DNA of 64,000 bases from an uncultured delta proteobacterium (GCA_963745035.1 CAVUVW010000014.1:672001-736000); one strand, 5' to 3'; shown: positions 52,320 to 62,461, counted from the first letter of the stretch. Program-made: numbers and translations. Notes: generated by a model from the letters alone, not told the origin.

Positions 52320-53747
52320 ATGATACCCCTCCGCGCGTCGCGCAAGCGCTGGCTCGTTTGCGCTGCGTTTGTTCTTGTCGTGGCGATCTTTTTCGCGAGC
52401 TGCAGCTCGAGTACGCCGAGCCTGCCGGCCTTGCCGGGAATCAGCCCGCCGAGTGAGGACGAGGAAAGCCGAATCAGTCGCGAATTCCGCCGCGAGGCGA
52501 GAAAGCACCTCAAGTTTGTCAATCATCCGGAAGTCGAGCGTTACGTCGATCGCATCGGGCGGCGGATTCTCGGCGCCACAGGGCCGCAGGCGTTCGACTA
52601 CCGCTTCTTTGTCGTGGAAGACAACCAACTCAATGCCTTTGCCGTGCCCGGCGGCTCGATTTATCTCTTCTCCGGATTGATCGAGCGCGCCAAAACCACC
52701 GATGAGCTCGCCGGCGTTTTGGGACATGAAATCGTTCACGTGAAAGCGCGCCACATGGCGCGCTCATCGGGCCCGGACGCAATCTCGGTTCTGAGTCTTT
52801 TGGGCATGGTTCTGCTGGCGCGCAGCGGCGACGGCGCCCAGGCGGCCGGAATGGTCGGCCAAGCGGTCGCCGCCACTCGCCAGGCCGCCTACAGTCGCCA
52901 ATTGGAAATGGAAGCCGATACTTTGGGCGCGCGCTACATGACTTCGGCCGGCTATGATCCGAAAGGGGCGGTTGCCTTTCTCAAAACCCTCGACCAGGAG
53001 CGCGCGCTTAATCCGATCGATGTGCCCGCCTACATTATGAGCCATCCGATCACGCAGGAACGGGTGGCCAATGCCGAGCTCGTGATCCGCTCTCTCGGGC
53101 CTAGCCAGCTTAGACCGGAGAGTTCGGAGTCACTCAAAAAAATCCAGATGATCATTCGCATGGATCGGCCCGACCGGCACGGCATCGTGGCTGAAATGGA
53201 AAAATCCGTTCGCCAAAATCCGGACAATCCGGAGCAGCGTCATCTGCTCGGCTTTGCTCAGCAGCTTCACGGAAACTTGACGGAGGCGCAACGAAATTTC
53301 GAGGAGGCCCGAAAGGCGCGACCCGACAATCCCGCTCTGCAGCGCGACTTGGGCCGCCTCTATGGCCAAACGGGCGACTTCGTGAACGCGCGCCAGGCGT
53401 TCGATCGAGCCTTAGCGCTGGAGCCCAACGAGCCGCTCACGTACCTTTACTTGGGGGAAATGTTGGAAACCTCTGGAGATCTTAAAAGCGCTGTCGGCGC
53501 CTATCTCAACGCCCACAATCTTGCGCCGCTGTGGGAGCGCCCGCCGCAAAAACTCGGCATGGTTTACGGTAAGCTCGATCGACGGGGCGACGGTTACTAC
53601 TACTTAGCTCGCGCCCATGCGCTTCAGGATGACGATGTCAGGGCGATCGCCGACTACGAGCGCGCAATAAAGATCATCGGCGAGAACTCGCCGCGCGGAC
53701 AGTCAGTCAGGGAAGAGCTGAAAATCCTACGAAATCGCAGGCGGTAG
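52320..53747 (+). CDS. M48 family metalloprotease with TPRs (BepA/YfgC-like), putative lipoprotein
   Basis: 'FFASC' lipobox, 'NAFAVPGG', 'HEIVH', 'EMEAD', 'SHP', C-terminal TPRs. Confidence 0.9.
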   Translation: MIPLRASRKRWLVCAAFVLVVAIFFASCSSSTPSLPALPGISPPSEDEESRISREFRREARKHLKFVNHPEVERYVDRIGRRILGATGPQAFDYRFFVVEDNQLNAFAVPGGSIYLFSGLIERAKTTDELAGVLGHEIVHVKARHMARSSGPDAISVLSLLGMVLLARSGDGAQAAGMVGQAVAATRQAAYSRQLEMEADTLGARYMTSAGYDPKGAVAFLKTLDQERALNPIDVPAYIMSHPITQERVANAELVIRSLGPSQLRPESSESLKKIQMIIRMDRPDRHGIVAEMEKSVRQNPDNPEQRHLLGFAQQLHGNLTEAQRNFEEARKARPDNPALQRDLGRLYGQTGDFVNARQAFDRALALEPNEPLTYLYLGEMLETSGDLKSAVGAYLNAHNLAPLWERPPQKLGMVYGKLDRRGDGYYYLARAHALQDDDVRAIADYERAIKIIGENSPRGQSVREELKILRNRRR

Positions 53748-53748
53748 G

Positions 53749-54123
53749 CTAGTGTTGCCCGGCCATGGCGGCCAGCGAGAGCACTCGTTCGCGCTCCGGC
53801 TTGGTATACCGATTTTCCCGTTTTAGCAGCACTTCGCGCAGATACCCAGGGTCAAAACCCAACAAATCGCAGATGTTTGTAAAGGAAAAAAGCCAATTGG
53901 TATCGGTATCTTCCACCCATTCGATGGCGTTCAGGTACTGGCATTGACCAGTGCTGGTGCGGGATCCGCGGTATTTCTCCAGGCACTCAACGGCATCCTT
54001 CAAGACGGCGATCATGAGGCGCTTTTCGCCCTCCAGTTTCCGTGATAACCCAGCCGAACCATAAAACTGGGAAGGCAAGAAAACATCCGGCTCGAGAATC
54101 CTTGCTAGAAAATCGTCGTACAT
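53749..54123 (-). CDS. small protein of unknown function, paralog A (homologous to 61361..61831)
   Basis: GAGGAG SD; aligns end to end with paralog B. Confidence 0.82.
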   Translation of the reverse strand: MYDDFLARILEPDVFLPSQFYGSAGLSRKLEGEKRLMIAVLKDAVECLEKYRGSRTSTGQCQYLNAIEWVEDTDTNWLFSFTNICDLLGFDPGYLREVLLKRENRYTKPERERVLSLAAMAGQH

Positions 54124-54340
54124 GTCGTGAACAACTCTCCTCAGTGGCTTGAAGCTAAGCCTATAACACAGGCTCTAGGGGCGGTGCAATAAAAAAACCT
54201 CTAGCCTTAGATCGCTGTAAAATAGCACACTTACGAGCCATCACGAGTGTTGGAGTACGGAAATTCCTACAACACCCAGACAGCGTGGCGGCGACTTAGG
54301 GCCTGCCGTCGCCGTGTTGGCGCGGTACTGGGTTGAGGCG

Positions 54341-55099
54341 TTAGATACCGGCCATGAGACCGGCCAGTGCCGTTTTTGCGACGTTATGATCCCAGACCTT
54401 TTGCACGACGGAATCTTTGCGCCGCTGCTTCATCACCCGTTGCGTTTCGTCTTCGTTGTAGACCATGACCGGACCGAGCAACGAAGCTTTGTAGAATCGC
54501 GAAGCGGCTTCCTCCAAATCGACACATCCGGCGAATACCCATTCTATAGAGTGAGCCACAACCATCGAACCATGGCCGCGTAGCATGACGGCATCTGCCT
54601 TGCCCAAAGCTTTTGCCACGGCGTCACCCTGCTCGATCGTGTGGATCAGCGCCGGATCCATGTATTTGGGCAACGGGCCCGGGCCGAAAAAGGCGCCGGG
54701 ATTGGAAGATGCCGGATAGAACGGTTTATCAACCATCGAGAGGGTCGCGACCATGTGATTATGCAAATGCGCAACGCTTTGAATATCGCTGCGCGCTTTG
54801 TACGCCCGCGCGTGCATATTGACCTCGGAAGGCGCCTTGTAATTGCCCTCGATCAGCTTGCCTTCGAAATCGGTAATCACCATATCATCCGGCTTCACCG
54901 TGGCGCGGCTTACAGGATGGGGCAAAATAACAAGATGATCCGAACCGGGAATACGCGCGCTGATATGCCCGCTGTAATCCACCAATCCGGCGTTGAACAA
55001 CATGCGCGATGACATGGCGAGTTTCGTTTTAAGCTCTCCTAATTCAGACAAGATCGTGCTCCTCCCTAACCAACGAGTTTTTTGTGCTATATCTTCCAT
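54341..55099 (-). CDS. class II aldolase/adducin family protein
   Basis: 'GHISAR', 'PSEVNMH', 'HLH', 'LRGHG'. Confidence 0.9.
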   Translation of the reverse strand: MEDIAQKTRWLGRSTILSELGELKTKLAMSSRMLFNAGLVDYSGHISARIPGSDHLVILPHPVSRATVKPDDMVITDFEGKLIEGNYKAPSEVNMHARAYKARSDIQSVAHLHNHMVATLSMVDKPFYPASSNPGAFFGPGPLPKYMDPALIHTIEQGDAVAKALGKADAVMLRGHGSMVVAHSIEWVFAGCVDLEEAASRFYKASLLGPVMVYNEDETQRVMKQRRKDSVVQKVWDHNVAKTALAGLMAGI

Positions 55100-55172
55100 T
55101 GAAGCTTAGTTCAACCGCTCGCATCCTGGAGGGCACAGATCTCGCGCCTCTAGGGAAGGAAAGCCGTTCAAG

Positions 55173-56960
55173 ATGAGTACAAACAGCGCCGCGGGAATCC
55201 GCTGGGATTTGCGCGATCTTTTCGCGGGTCACGATGATCCGCGTATCGACGCGACGTTGCGGGAATGTTGCGGTCGTGCTGAAAAATTTGCCGAAAAGTT
55301 TCGTCCGCTGCTGGAAAATTCGCAGACGCTCACCGCGGATGCTGTGTTCGACGCTTTGCAGGAGTTGGAAAGCATCTATGAACCTCTCGGCCGAGTCGGC
55401 AGCTATGCCGGCCTGCTTTATGCCGCAGACACTGCGAGACCCGAGTATCAGGACTTGGAGCAGCAAGTCGAGCAGCGCTCCACGGAGATCCGCAACCTGC
55501 TGCTCTTTTTTGAGCTCGAATGGCTCAAGCTCGATGATGCGCTAGCGAACAGAATCATGGCTGATCCCTCGCTCAAGCCCTACAGCCATTATCTCGCGAG
55601 CCTACGCCGCTACCGGCCGCATACGCTCACCGAACCGGAAGAGAAAATTCTCAATGAACGAGACAACACGGGCCGCAACGCCTTCGGCCGCCTCTTTTCC
55701 GAGCTCACCTCGTCGCTTTCATTTCCCTTCGAAAGGGACGGCCAAACGGAACAACTCAACTTGAGCCAGATTCTCTCGCTGCTGCACGAGCCGGACAGGG
55801 CACAACGCCAGCGCGCCATGGAAACGCTTTATCAGGGACTTGCGGAGCACGGCCAGGTGCTGACGTTCGTCTACGACACGCTCATTCAAGACAATTTGAC
55901 CATGGATCGGCTGCGCAGTTATTCCGGGCCGATGGCGCAGCGCCACTTGTCCAATGAAATCGACGGCGAAGCCGTGCGCACGATGATGGCCGTAACCGAA
56001 GAGAATTACGGCTTGGCGCACGATTACTTCCGCCTCAAGGCGCAGTTGCTGCAACTTCCCCGCCTCGCGCTTTACGATCAGTACGCGCCGGTAGGCAAGG
56101 AAGTACGGCCTTTCCCGTACGATCAAGCGCAGCAGGTGATTCTCGATGCGTTCGAGGCTTTCGATCCGAGGTTTCGGCAAATCGCCGATGAATTTTTTGC
56201 CAAGAATTGGATCGACGCCGAGATTCGCAAAGGCAAACGCGGCGGCGCCTTCTGCGCGTCGCCGTCGCCGCAGCTCCATCCCTACATACTTTGCAACTAC
56301 GACGACAACCTGCGCGACGTCATGACCGTCGCCCATGAGCTCGGCCATGGCCTGCACGGTTGCTTGAGTCGGAAACAGAATTACTTCAACTACGACACGC
56401 CGCTCACCACCGCGGAGACAGCGTCGGTGTTCGGCGAGATGCTCGTCTTTGACCATTTGCTGGCTAAACAAACCGATCCGCAGGTGCAGATCGCCCTGCT
56501 CGCCGGCAAAATCGAAGACATCTTCGCCACCGTGTTTCGTCAAAACGTGCTCACACGATTTGAAGAACTGGCGTTTGCGGCAAGAAAGGAAAAGCGGCTA
56601 ACTCCCGAAACTCTAGGAAACCTGTGGCTCGATGCGAACGGCAAATATTACGGCGATGCCGTCGACATGCCCGACGGCTACCGCTGGGGCTGGTCGTACA
56701 TCCCCCACTTCATCCACTCACGCTTTTACTGTTACAGCTACGTCTTCGGCCAGCTTCTCGTCCTCGCCTTGTACCGCATGTACAAAGACGAAGGCAAAAG
56801 TTTCGTGCCGAAGTATCTCGCTCTGCTCGAAGCTGGCGGTTCGGATTCCCCCGACGCGCTGCTCAAACCGCTCGGCGTGGACATTCACGACCCCTCGTTC
56901 TGGCAGAAAGGGTTCGAGGAGATCACAGGATTGGTGACTCGATTACGCGCTTTGATTTGA
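55173..56960 (+). CDS. pepF: M3 family oligoendopeptidase F
   Basis: 'WDLRDL', 'GKRGGAFC', 'HELGHGLH', 'AETASVFGE', 'IPHF..FYCYSY'. Confidence 0.92.
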   Translation: MSTNSAAGIRWDLRDLFAGHDDPRIDATLRECCGRAEKFAEKFRPLLENSQTLTADAVFDALQELESIYEPLGRVGSYAGLLYAADTARPEYQDLEQQVEQRSTEIRNLLLFFELEWLKLDDALANRIMADPSLKPYSHYLASLRRYRPHTLTEPEEKILNERDNTGRNAFGRLFSELTSSLSFPFERDGQTEQLNLSQILSLLHEPDRAQRQRAMETLYQGLAEHGQVLTFVYDTLIQDNLTMDRLRSYSGPMAQRHLSNEIDGEAVRTMMAVTEENYGLAHDYFRLKAQLLQLPRLALYDQYAPVGKEVRPFPYDQAQQVILDAFEAFDPRFRQIADEFFAKNWIDAEIRKGKRGGAFCASPSPQLHPYILCNYDDNLRDVMTVAHELGHGLHGCLSRKQNYFNYDTPLTTAETASVFGEMLVFDHLLAKQTDPQVQIALLAGKIEDIFATVFRQNVLTRFEELAFAARKEKRLTPETLGNLWLDANGKYYGDAVDMPDGYRWGWSYIPHFIHSRFYCYSYVFGQLLVLALYRMYKDEGKSFVPKYLALLEAGGSDSPDALLKPLGVDIHDPSFWQKGFEEITGLVTRLRALI

Positions 56961-57027
56961 TCGGACAGCACAATAGGTGCTATCCGAAGAAAGGCCGATC
57001 GACTTTCTAATCTCTTCTGGCGATTTA

Positions 57028-58470
57028 TCATTTCATCCTAAAACTCGGCGGCACGACTTCGTCGATCGGCTTGCCGGTCCAGTGCCATTTCGCCACGCTG
57101 TCCCAGACCTGATCCCCTTTGGCTTGGACTTTTTCCAGCAGATCTTCTTCGTTCAGGCGCAGATAGTTGCCGTTGTCGACCAGCGTTTCACCGTCGACGA
57201 TGACGGTACGCACGTCGCGGCTGACCGCCGTTTCCATCAGCGAGCGGATCGGGTCGCGCACGGCGCCGAAGGCGATGTCGCGCAGGTTGACGATCGTGAT
57301 GTCCGCCTTGGCGCCTTTTTGCAGCCGCCCTAGGTCGTCGCGGCCGAGCATTTTCGCGCCTCCTAAAGTGATTGCGTTGAACACGTCGCGCGGGTGGCCG
57401 GAGAGAAAACTCTTGTCGGCGACGCGCGAGGCGATCGCCGCGTAGCGCATGTCGGAGAGAATGTCTTTGGGAAACGTATCCGTGCCGATGCCCATGTTGA
57501 TGCCGGCCTGGCGATATTTATCGAAGGACTCCATGACGATGCCGAGCTTTAAATACTTGAGCGGGCTGTAGGCGACCGAAGCGCCGGAGTCGGCGATGAT
57601 CTTTAGATCGTCGCCATAGGGGTATGCAAGCCAACTATGGCCGCTGATAAAAATGCAGTGCGAGAGCGAAACGTCCGGATCGAGAAAACCGATCTTTTTG
57701 AGCAGCTCGATGGGCGTGCAGCGTTCGCGCTGCATGACGGTGTGAAACTCGAACAAGTTGATCGTCGCGTGAATCTGAATCCCCACGCCGGCATCTTTGG
57801 CCGCTTTCTTCGTATCCTTGAGGAGCGCGGGAGTGCACGAATCAACGTGGCCGGGAAAGAGCATCGCCGTCATGCGGCCACTGCACGCGCCGTTGAATTT
57901 TTTTGCAAAGTCGACTGCCGTTCTCAGTCCTTTGCTGCCGCGCTCATCATCCCAGTCGTATTCCAAACGGCCTTCCCGGTCGTGGAAGAAGCTCACGTTC
58001 TTGTAACTCGGTCCGGCGACGCAGCGGATGCCCACTTGATCGATCATGTCGACGTAGCGGTCCGGTTCTCCGCCTGCGCCACCGATATCAAAGGTAGTGG
58101 TCACGCCGCTTTTCAAAACATGAATCAGCGAAAATCGCTGCCCCACGTCGACGTCTTTCAAATGCGCCGAGTGCGCCCCTTCGCGCGTCGGGCCGCCGTG
58201 GGCCAAATAGTTGGACGCGAAAAAATCCGTCTTGGTGGAGTCGGCGAGAATGTAATCGCTGGCATTGATGCCGGAATGAAAATGGGTATCGATAAAGCCC
58301 GGCGAAACCAGACAGCCCCCGGCGTCGATTTTTTTGTCGACCGGCTGCGCATAATCTTTGCCGACAAACTCGACGCGATTCCCGTCGAAAACAACGACTC
58401 CGTCTTTGATAATTTCATGCTCCTTGCCGTCAAACCCGACGACAAAACCGCCTTGGATGAGTGTTTTCAT
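57028..58470 (-). CDS. metal-dependent amidohydrolase (chlorohydrolase/deaminase-like)
   Basis: 'PGFIDTHFH', 'QIH', 'HC', 'GIGTD', 'GAKAD'. Confidence 0.88.
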   Translation of the reverse strand: MKTLIQGGFVVGFDGKEHEIIKDGVVVFDGNRVEFVGKDYAQPVDKKIDAGGCLVSPGFIDTHFHSGINASDYILADSTKTDFFASNYLAHGGPTREGAHSAHLKDVDVGQRFSLIHVLKSGVTTTFDIGGAGGEPDRYVDMIDQVGIRCVAGPSYKNVSFFHDREGRLEYDWDDERGSKGLRTAVDFAKKFNGACSGRMTAMLFPGHVDSCTPALLKDTKKAAKDAGVGIQIHATINLFEFHTVMQRERCTPIELLKKIGFLDPDVSLSHCIFISGHSWLAYPYGDDLKIIADSGASVAYSPLKYLKLGIVMESFDKYRQAGINMGIGTDTFPKDILSDMRYAAIASRVADKSFLSGHPRDVFNAITLGGAKMLGRDDLGRLQKGAKADITIVNLRDIAFGAVRDPIRSLMETAVSRDVRTVIVDGETLVDNGNYLRLNEEDLLEKVQAKGDQVWDSVAKWHWTGKPIDEVVPPSFRMK

Positions 58471-58623
58471 CTCGCGAGCCTTTCCGTGTTGGTTGGAACA
58501 GACGCAGGACTAACAAAACAGTCAAAACAAGACAAGCAGAGAGGAAAAACGAGTGGGCGGGATCGCGAGCAACCGCCGCAGCAGCCAATCATGTCAGCGG
58601 AGCAAAAAACTGTCGATGGCGCA

Positions 58624-59658
58624 CTAAACAGCAAAACGGAAGTGAATAATGTCGCCGTCTTTGACGAGGTACTCCTTGCCTTCCAGGCGGAGCTTGCCGG
58701 CCTCTTTGCACTTGGCCTCGCTGCCATGAAGGATAAAGTCATCGTACGCGACAACCTCGGCGCGGATGAAGCCGCGTTCGATGTCGCTATGAATTCTTCC
58801 GGCTGCCTTTCGCGCGACGGTTCCTTTCGTGATGGTCCAGGCCCGAACCTCATCTTCGCCGGTCGTAAAGAAGCTGATGAGATCCAACAACGCGTAGGCG
58901 GCTCGAATGAATCGCTCCCGGGCCGGCTCTTGGATGCCGATCTCCTTGAGGAACGCAGCTCGATCGCTTTCGTCGAGCTGGGCGATTTCCATTTCAACCT
59001 TGCCGGCAAGCGCCAATCCCTCGAGCCCGCGGCGGGTTAATTCTTCCTGATTCGCAGCCTCCAGTGGAACTCCGGCTTTGTCCTCGGCGCGATTAAAAAT
59101 CACCAGCACGGGCTTGCGGCTTAGAAAACCGAACCCCGACGCAAGATTTTCTTCATCGGCGCTAAACTCGATATTTCTCAGGCTCTCTTCATTCTCCAGG
59201 GCCGCGGCGCACCGTTCGAGCAACGCCTCTTCCTGCGGCCGGGCCTTTTCCTTTTTCAGGCGTCCCCGGCGATTTTCCACCACGGTAAGATCGGCCAAGA
59301 TCATCTCGGTGAGGAGCGCGTTTAGTTCTTTCATCGGATTGGCGCCCGGCTCGAAATCCCGCAGCACCAGCGTGATGGCGTCGACTTCGCGCATTTGCGT
59401 CACCAACGCGCTATTGGATTTGAGATCCTCTTCGCCTTGGCTCGGAGGAAAATCGGTAAAACGAATTTCCGCGTAGGTGGTTTTTTTTGGCTTAAAAATC
59501 GCCGAGAGCTTATCGATGCGCCCGTCGGGAACTTTGATCACGCCGAGGTGCACCTCTTCTTTGCTCCCGAAGCCGCCGACCTGCGCCTGCAATCCTGTGA
59601 GCATGTTGAAGATCGTTGTCTTCCCCGCGCCCCGATGGCCGATGAGTCCCACTTTCAT
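58624..59658 (-). CDS. ychF: YchF/Obg-like ATPase
   Basis: 'GAGKTTIFN', 'FFTTGEDEVRAW', 'IHSDIERGFIRAEV', 'VKDGDIIHFRF'. Confidence 0.92.
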   Translation of the reverse strand: MKVGLIGHRGAGKTTIFNMLTGLQAQVGGFGSKEEVHLGVIKVPDGRIDKLSAIFKPKKTTYAEIRFTDFPPSQGEEDLKSNSALVTQMREVDAITLVLRDFEPGANPMKELNALLTEMILADLTVVENRRGRLKKEKARPQEEALLERCAAALENEESLRNIEFSADEENLASGFGFLSRKPVLVIFNRAEDKAGVPLEAANQEELTRRGLEGLALAGKVEMEIAQLDESDRAAFLKEIGIQEPARERFIRAAYALLDLISFFTTGEDEVRAWTITKGTVARKAAGRIHSDIERGFIRAEVVAYDDFILHGSEAKCKEAGKLRLEGKEYLVKDGDIIHFRFAV

Positions 59659-59745
59659 TGAATTCTCCGGAATCTTCGATCAGGGCAATCTATCAGGAAA
59701 AGTTCGGCGAATAAATTGAGAACAGACTGGCAGCCGCGCGAGGCG

Positions 59746-59793
59746 AAAAAAAGCCGCTCAGCTCGGGGGAGGCAACGTCGAGCTGAGCGGCTT
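59746..59793 (-). terminator. Rho-independent terminator after degQ
   Basis: 15-bp perfect stem AAGCCGCTCAGCTCG/CGAGCTGAGCGGCTT running into a 7-T tract on the minus strand. Confidence 0.85.
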
Positions 59794-59813
59794 GGGCTCT
59801 GGCGCGAAACCGG

Positions 59814-61289
59814 TTAGCGCTTCAATGCCAAGAACACGCTGGATTCTCCCCGGCGCACGAGAAAAAGCATGGATTTGCCTTTCTCGCTGCGTGAAATTTC
59901 GCGGTTGTAGTCCGCCAAATTTTTCACTGGGCGCCGGTTGACCTGCGTGATCACATCGCCGGAGCGCAATCCAGCCTCGTCCGCCGCGCTGCCCGGCTTG
60001 ACGGAGGCAACGACAAGCCCTTCGGCGCGCTCGAGCCCCAAACTCTGCGCCATCTCCGGTGTCAGCGGCTGGACCGCTAGGCCCAACTCACCCTCTTGAC
60101 CGGCAGGGGCCGCAACTTCATTGTCCTTTAGTTCGCCGACCGTGATCGGCAGCGAGATCTGTTTGCCGTCGCGCGCAATTTTGAGCTGCACCGAGGTCCC
60201 CGGCGCAACCCGTGCCACAGCGGCAGGAAGATCGGATGAGTCCTTGATTTCTTTCTTGTCGAACTCAACGATCACATCGCCTGCCTTGAGACCGGCCTTT
60301 TCCGCCGGTCCGCCCTGCACTACGTCCGCCACCAACGCGCCCTCGCGCTGCTTCAGTCCGAGCGAATCGGCGATCTCGGGCGTGATCTTCTGCACCGTCG
60401 TGCCCAAGTAGCCGCGCACGACCCTGCCCTTATCCCTCAACTGCGGCAGCAGATCCTTTACCGAGTTGGTCGGGATCGCGAAGCCGATGCCGATGTTTCC
60501 GCCCGTCTGGCTGAAAATGGCGGTATTGATGCCGACGACCTCGCCGCGCAGGTTGAGCAGCGGCCCGCCGGAGTTGCCCGGATTGATCGACGCATCGGTT
60601 TGAATGAAGTTGTCGTACGGCCCGGCGCCGATCTGCCTGCCCTTGGCGCTGACGATGCCGGAAGTGATCGTGTGATCCAGGCCGAAGGGATTGCCGATCG
60701 CGATCACCCATTCGCCGACTTCGAGCCGATCGGAGTCGCCGAGAGTCACCGCCGGAAGATCGCGCCCCGCGTCGATTTTGATCACGGCAATATCGGTCTT
60801 TTGATCCTTGCCGATCACTTTGGCGTCGAAATGTTTTCCGTCCGATAGGGTCACGCTGATTTTCTCCGCCTCGCCGACGACGTGATAGTTGGTGAGGATC
60901 GTGCCGTTGGCATCGATAATAAATCCGGAGCCGACGCCGTTTTGCCGTTGCGGCCCACGCGGGATGCGCCCGCCGAAGAAGCGCTCCAGCAGTTCATTGC
61001 GCGGGTCGCCTGGACCGAACGGCGAGGGTTGGCCCTGCGCCGGCCGGCGCACCTGCGTCGTCGAGACGTTCACCACCGACGGCCCGACTCTCTTTGCCAG
61101 CTCGGTAAAGTTCGGCAGGCTGCGAATCGGATCCGCTGCCGCCGCGACAAGTAGGGTTGAATTTTTCGACCCATAATTATTGTCGATCGCGCCGGTGACG
61201 GTTGCTCCGGCAAGCACAGCCACGACGCTGCCAACCACCAGCGACGTAACACTCACGTTTTTTTTGGTTCGCGTCAGTTTTTCAAACAT
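59814..61289 (-). CDS. degQ: Do/DegQ family serine endoprotease
   Basis: 'LTNYHV', 'DIAV', 'TDASINPGNSGGPL', two PDZ domains. Confidence 0.92.
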   Translation of the reverse strand: MFEKLTRTKKNVSVTSLVVGSVVAVLAGATVTGAIDNNYGSKNSTLLVAAAADPIRSLPNFTELAKRVGPSVVNVSTTQVRRPAQGQPSPFGPGDPRNELLERFFGGRIPRGPQRQNGVGSGFIIDANGTILTNYHVVGEAEKISVTLSDGKHFDAKVIGKDQKTDIAVIKIDAGRDLPAVTLGDSDRLEVGEWVIAIGNPFGLDHTITSGIVSAKGRQIGAGPYDNFIQTDASINPGNSGGPLLNLRGEVVGINTAIFSQTGGNIGIGFAIPTNSVKDLLPQLRDKGRVVRGYLGTTVQKITPEIADSLGLKQREGALVADVVQGGPAEKAGLKAGDVIVEFDKKEIKDSSDLPAAVARVAPGTSVQLKIARDGKQISLPITVGELKDNEVAAPAGQEGELGLAVQPLTPEMAQSLGLERAEGLVVASVKPGSAADEAGLRSGDVITQVNRRPVKNLADYNREISRSEKGKSMLFLVRRGESSVFLALKR

Positions 61290-61360
61290 CGTTGTTCTCT
61301 TTCTTGTTTAAAGAAGGGGCAATACCCGTTTTGAGATTTTGCCGTTCGGTAAGAGCCCAT

Positions 61361-61831
61361 CTACGTACCAACTCTGCCGATGCTCGGCCGCGCGCGCGTT
61401 TTTTCAGTGCGGCTTTCTTGCGCGCTGCGCTTCCAGCGCGCCAATCCTTGGCGCATGTAATCGGCGTCGAAGCCGAGCGCATCGCAGATGTTTGCAAATG
61501 AGAACAAATAGGAGCGATCGGGATTCGCGATCCATTGTTCGGCTTCGTAGTGCATCACCTGTTTGCGCTTACACTTGGCCGCCACATGCTCTTGAAAACA
61601 GCCCACCGCGTCTTGCAGCACCGCGAGCATGAGCACCTTTTCCGGATCGAGATGAAAGCGTCTTTTATGGCTGGCCTGAAATTGAGCGTCGATGAGGATA
61701 TCGGGCTGAAAGATCATCATCGCCTTTTCCTCGATCATCGGACCGCGCGGCGTCGTTCCCTCCTGCAGCCAAAAAGGGATGCGTCCCCGATGATTCGCTG
61801 GCTTCGGCTTTGCTCGTTTCCTGACGATCAT
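61361..61831 (-). CDS. small protein of unknown function, paralog B
   Basis: ATG 61831 with GGAGG SD; shares 'PD..QF', 'EK.LM.AVL.DAV.C' and 'LFSF.NICD.LGFD..Y.R' with paralog A. Confidence 0.82.
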   Translation of the reverse strand: MIVRKRAKPKPANHRGRIPFWLQEGTTPRGPMIEEKAMMIFQPDILIDAQFQASHKRRFHLDPEKVLMLAVLQDAVGCFQEHVAAKCKRKQVMHYEAEQWIANPDRSYLFSFANICDALGFDADYMRQGLARWKRSAQESRTEKTRARPSIGRVGT

Positions 61832-62026
61832 GACATTACCTCCATGACAATTAGAGCAATCCTTGCGGCGGATTGTTCCAGATTTTTTCGGTTCTGAACC
61901 CCCGCCGGGGCATTCGACAAGGCAGGAGCCCCTCCCGGACCATTTTACCGGCTCCTCCAACGCCCCGCGGCGATTTCAGAAAGAAGACCGGCGAATCTGT
62001 TACTGGGACAAGCTGAGAAGAGATCG

Positions 62027-62374
62027 CTAGATCAACAGTATCGAATCGAGCAAATGGAGGGGAACTTTCCGCGTTCGAGGTGTCGCCGGAGGTAAGCTTC
62101 GATGGGCCGGCGCGGCTGACGCGCGAAATCCGCTGGTTTCCCAAGCCCTGCCAAGCACGGGTGCCGGTGGCTGCCCCGACCCGAGCAACAACAGCTCAAA
62201 CCGGAAATCGTCCGGCGCCGCTGCGCTGGCCGGAAAACCGTGCTGCAACCCAGGCGAATAGCCGGAGCTGGTCGGCGCGCTATCGTGAGCCAAGCCGAGC
62301 GCGAAACCGGCAAGGGTGATGGCGACGATTAAGCTGATCGTCGCCACCGCCTTCTTAATTTTACGGATTTTCAT
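62027..62374 (-). CDS. small signal-peptide/TM protein ending KVPLHLLDSILLI
   Basis: Basic plus hydrophobic N-terminus (MKIRKIKKAVATISLIVAITLAGFALGLA); promoter-like TTGACT-16-TAGCGT just upstream. Confidence 0.55.
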   Translation of the reverse strand: MKIRKIKKAVATISLIVAITLAGFALGLAHDSAPTSSGYSPGLQHGFPASAAAPDDFRFELLLLGSGQPPAPVLGRAWETSGFRASAAPAHRSLPPATPRTRKVPLHLLDSILLI

Positions 62375-62461
62375 GGATGAGAAAGTTACGCTAGCACCGG
62401 CAAAGCGTAAGTCAAATGCGCTTCGATGCGACCGTGAACCGGGCTTTGGCCGGCATCGCGG

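Noticed and set aside
57637-59040. 467-aa plus-strand ORF
   Set aside because: Antisense to the amidohydrolase and ychF; no recognisable motifs.
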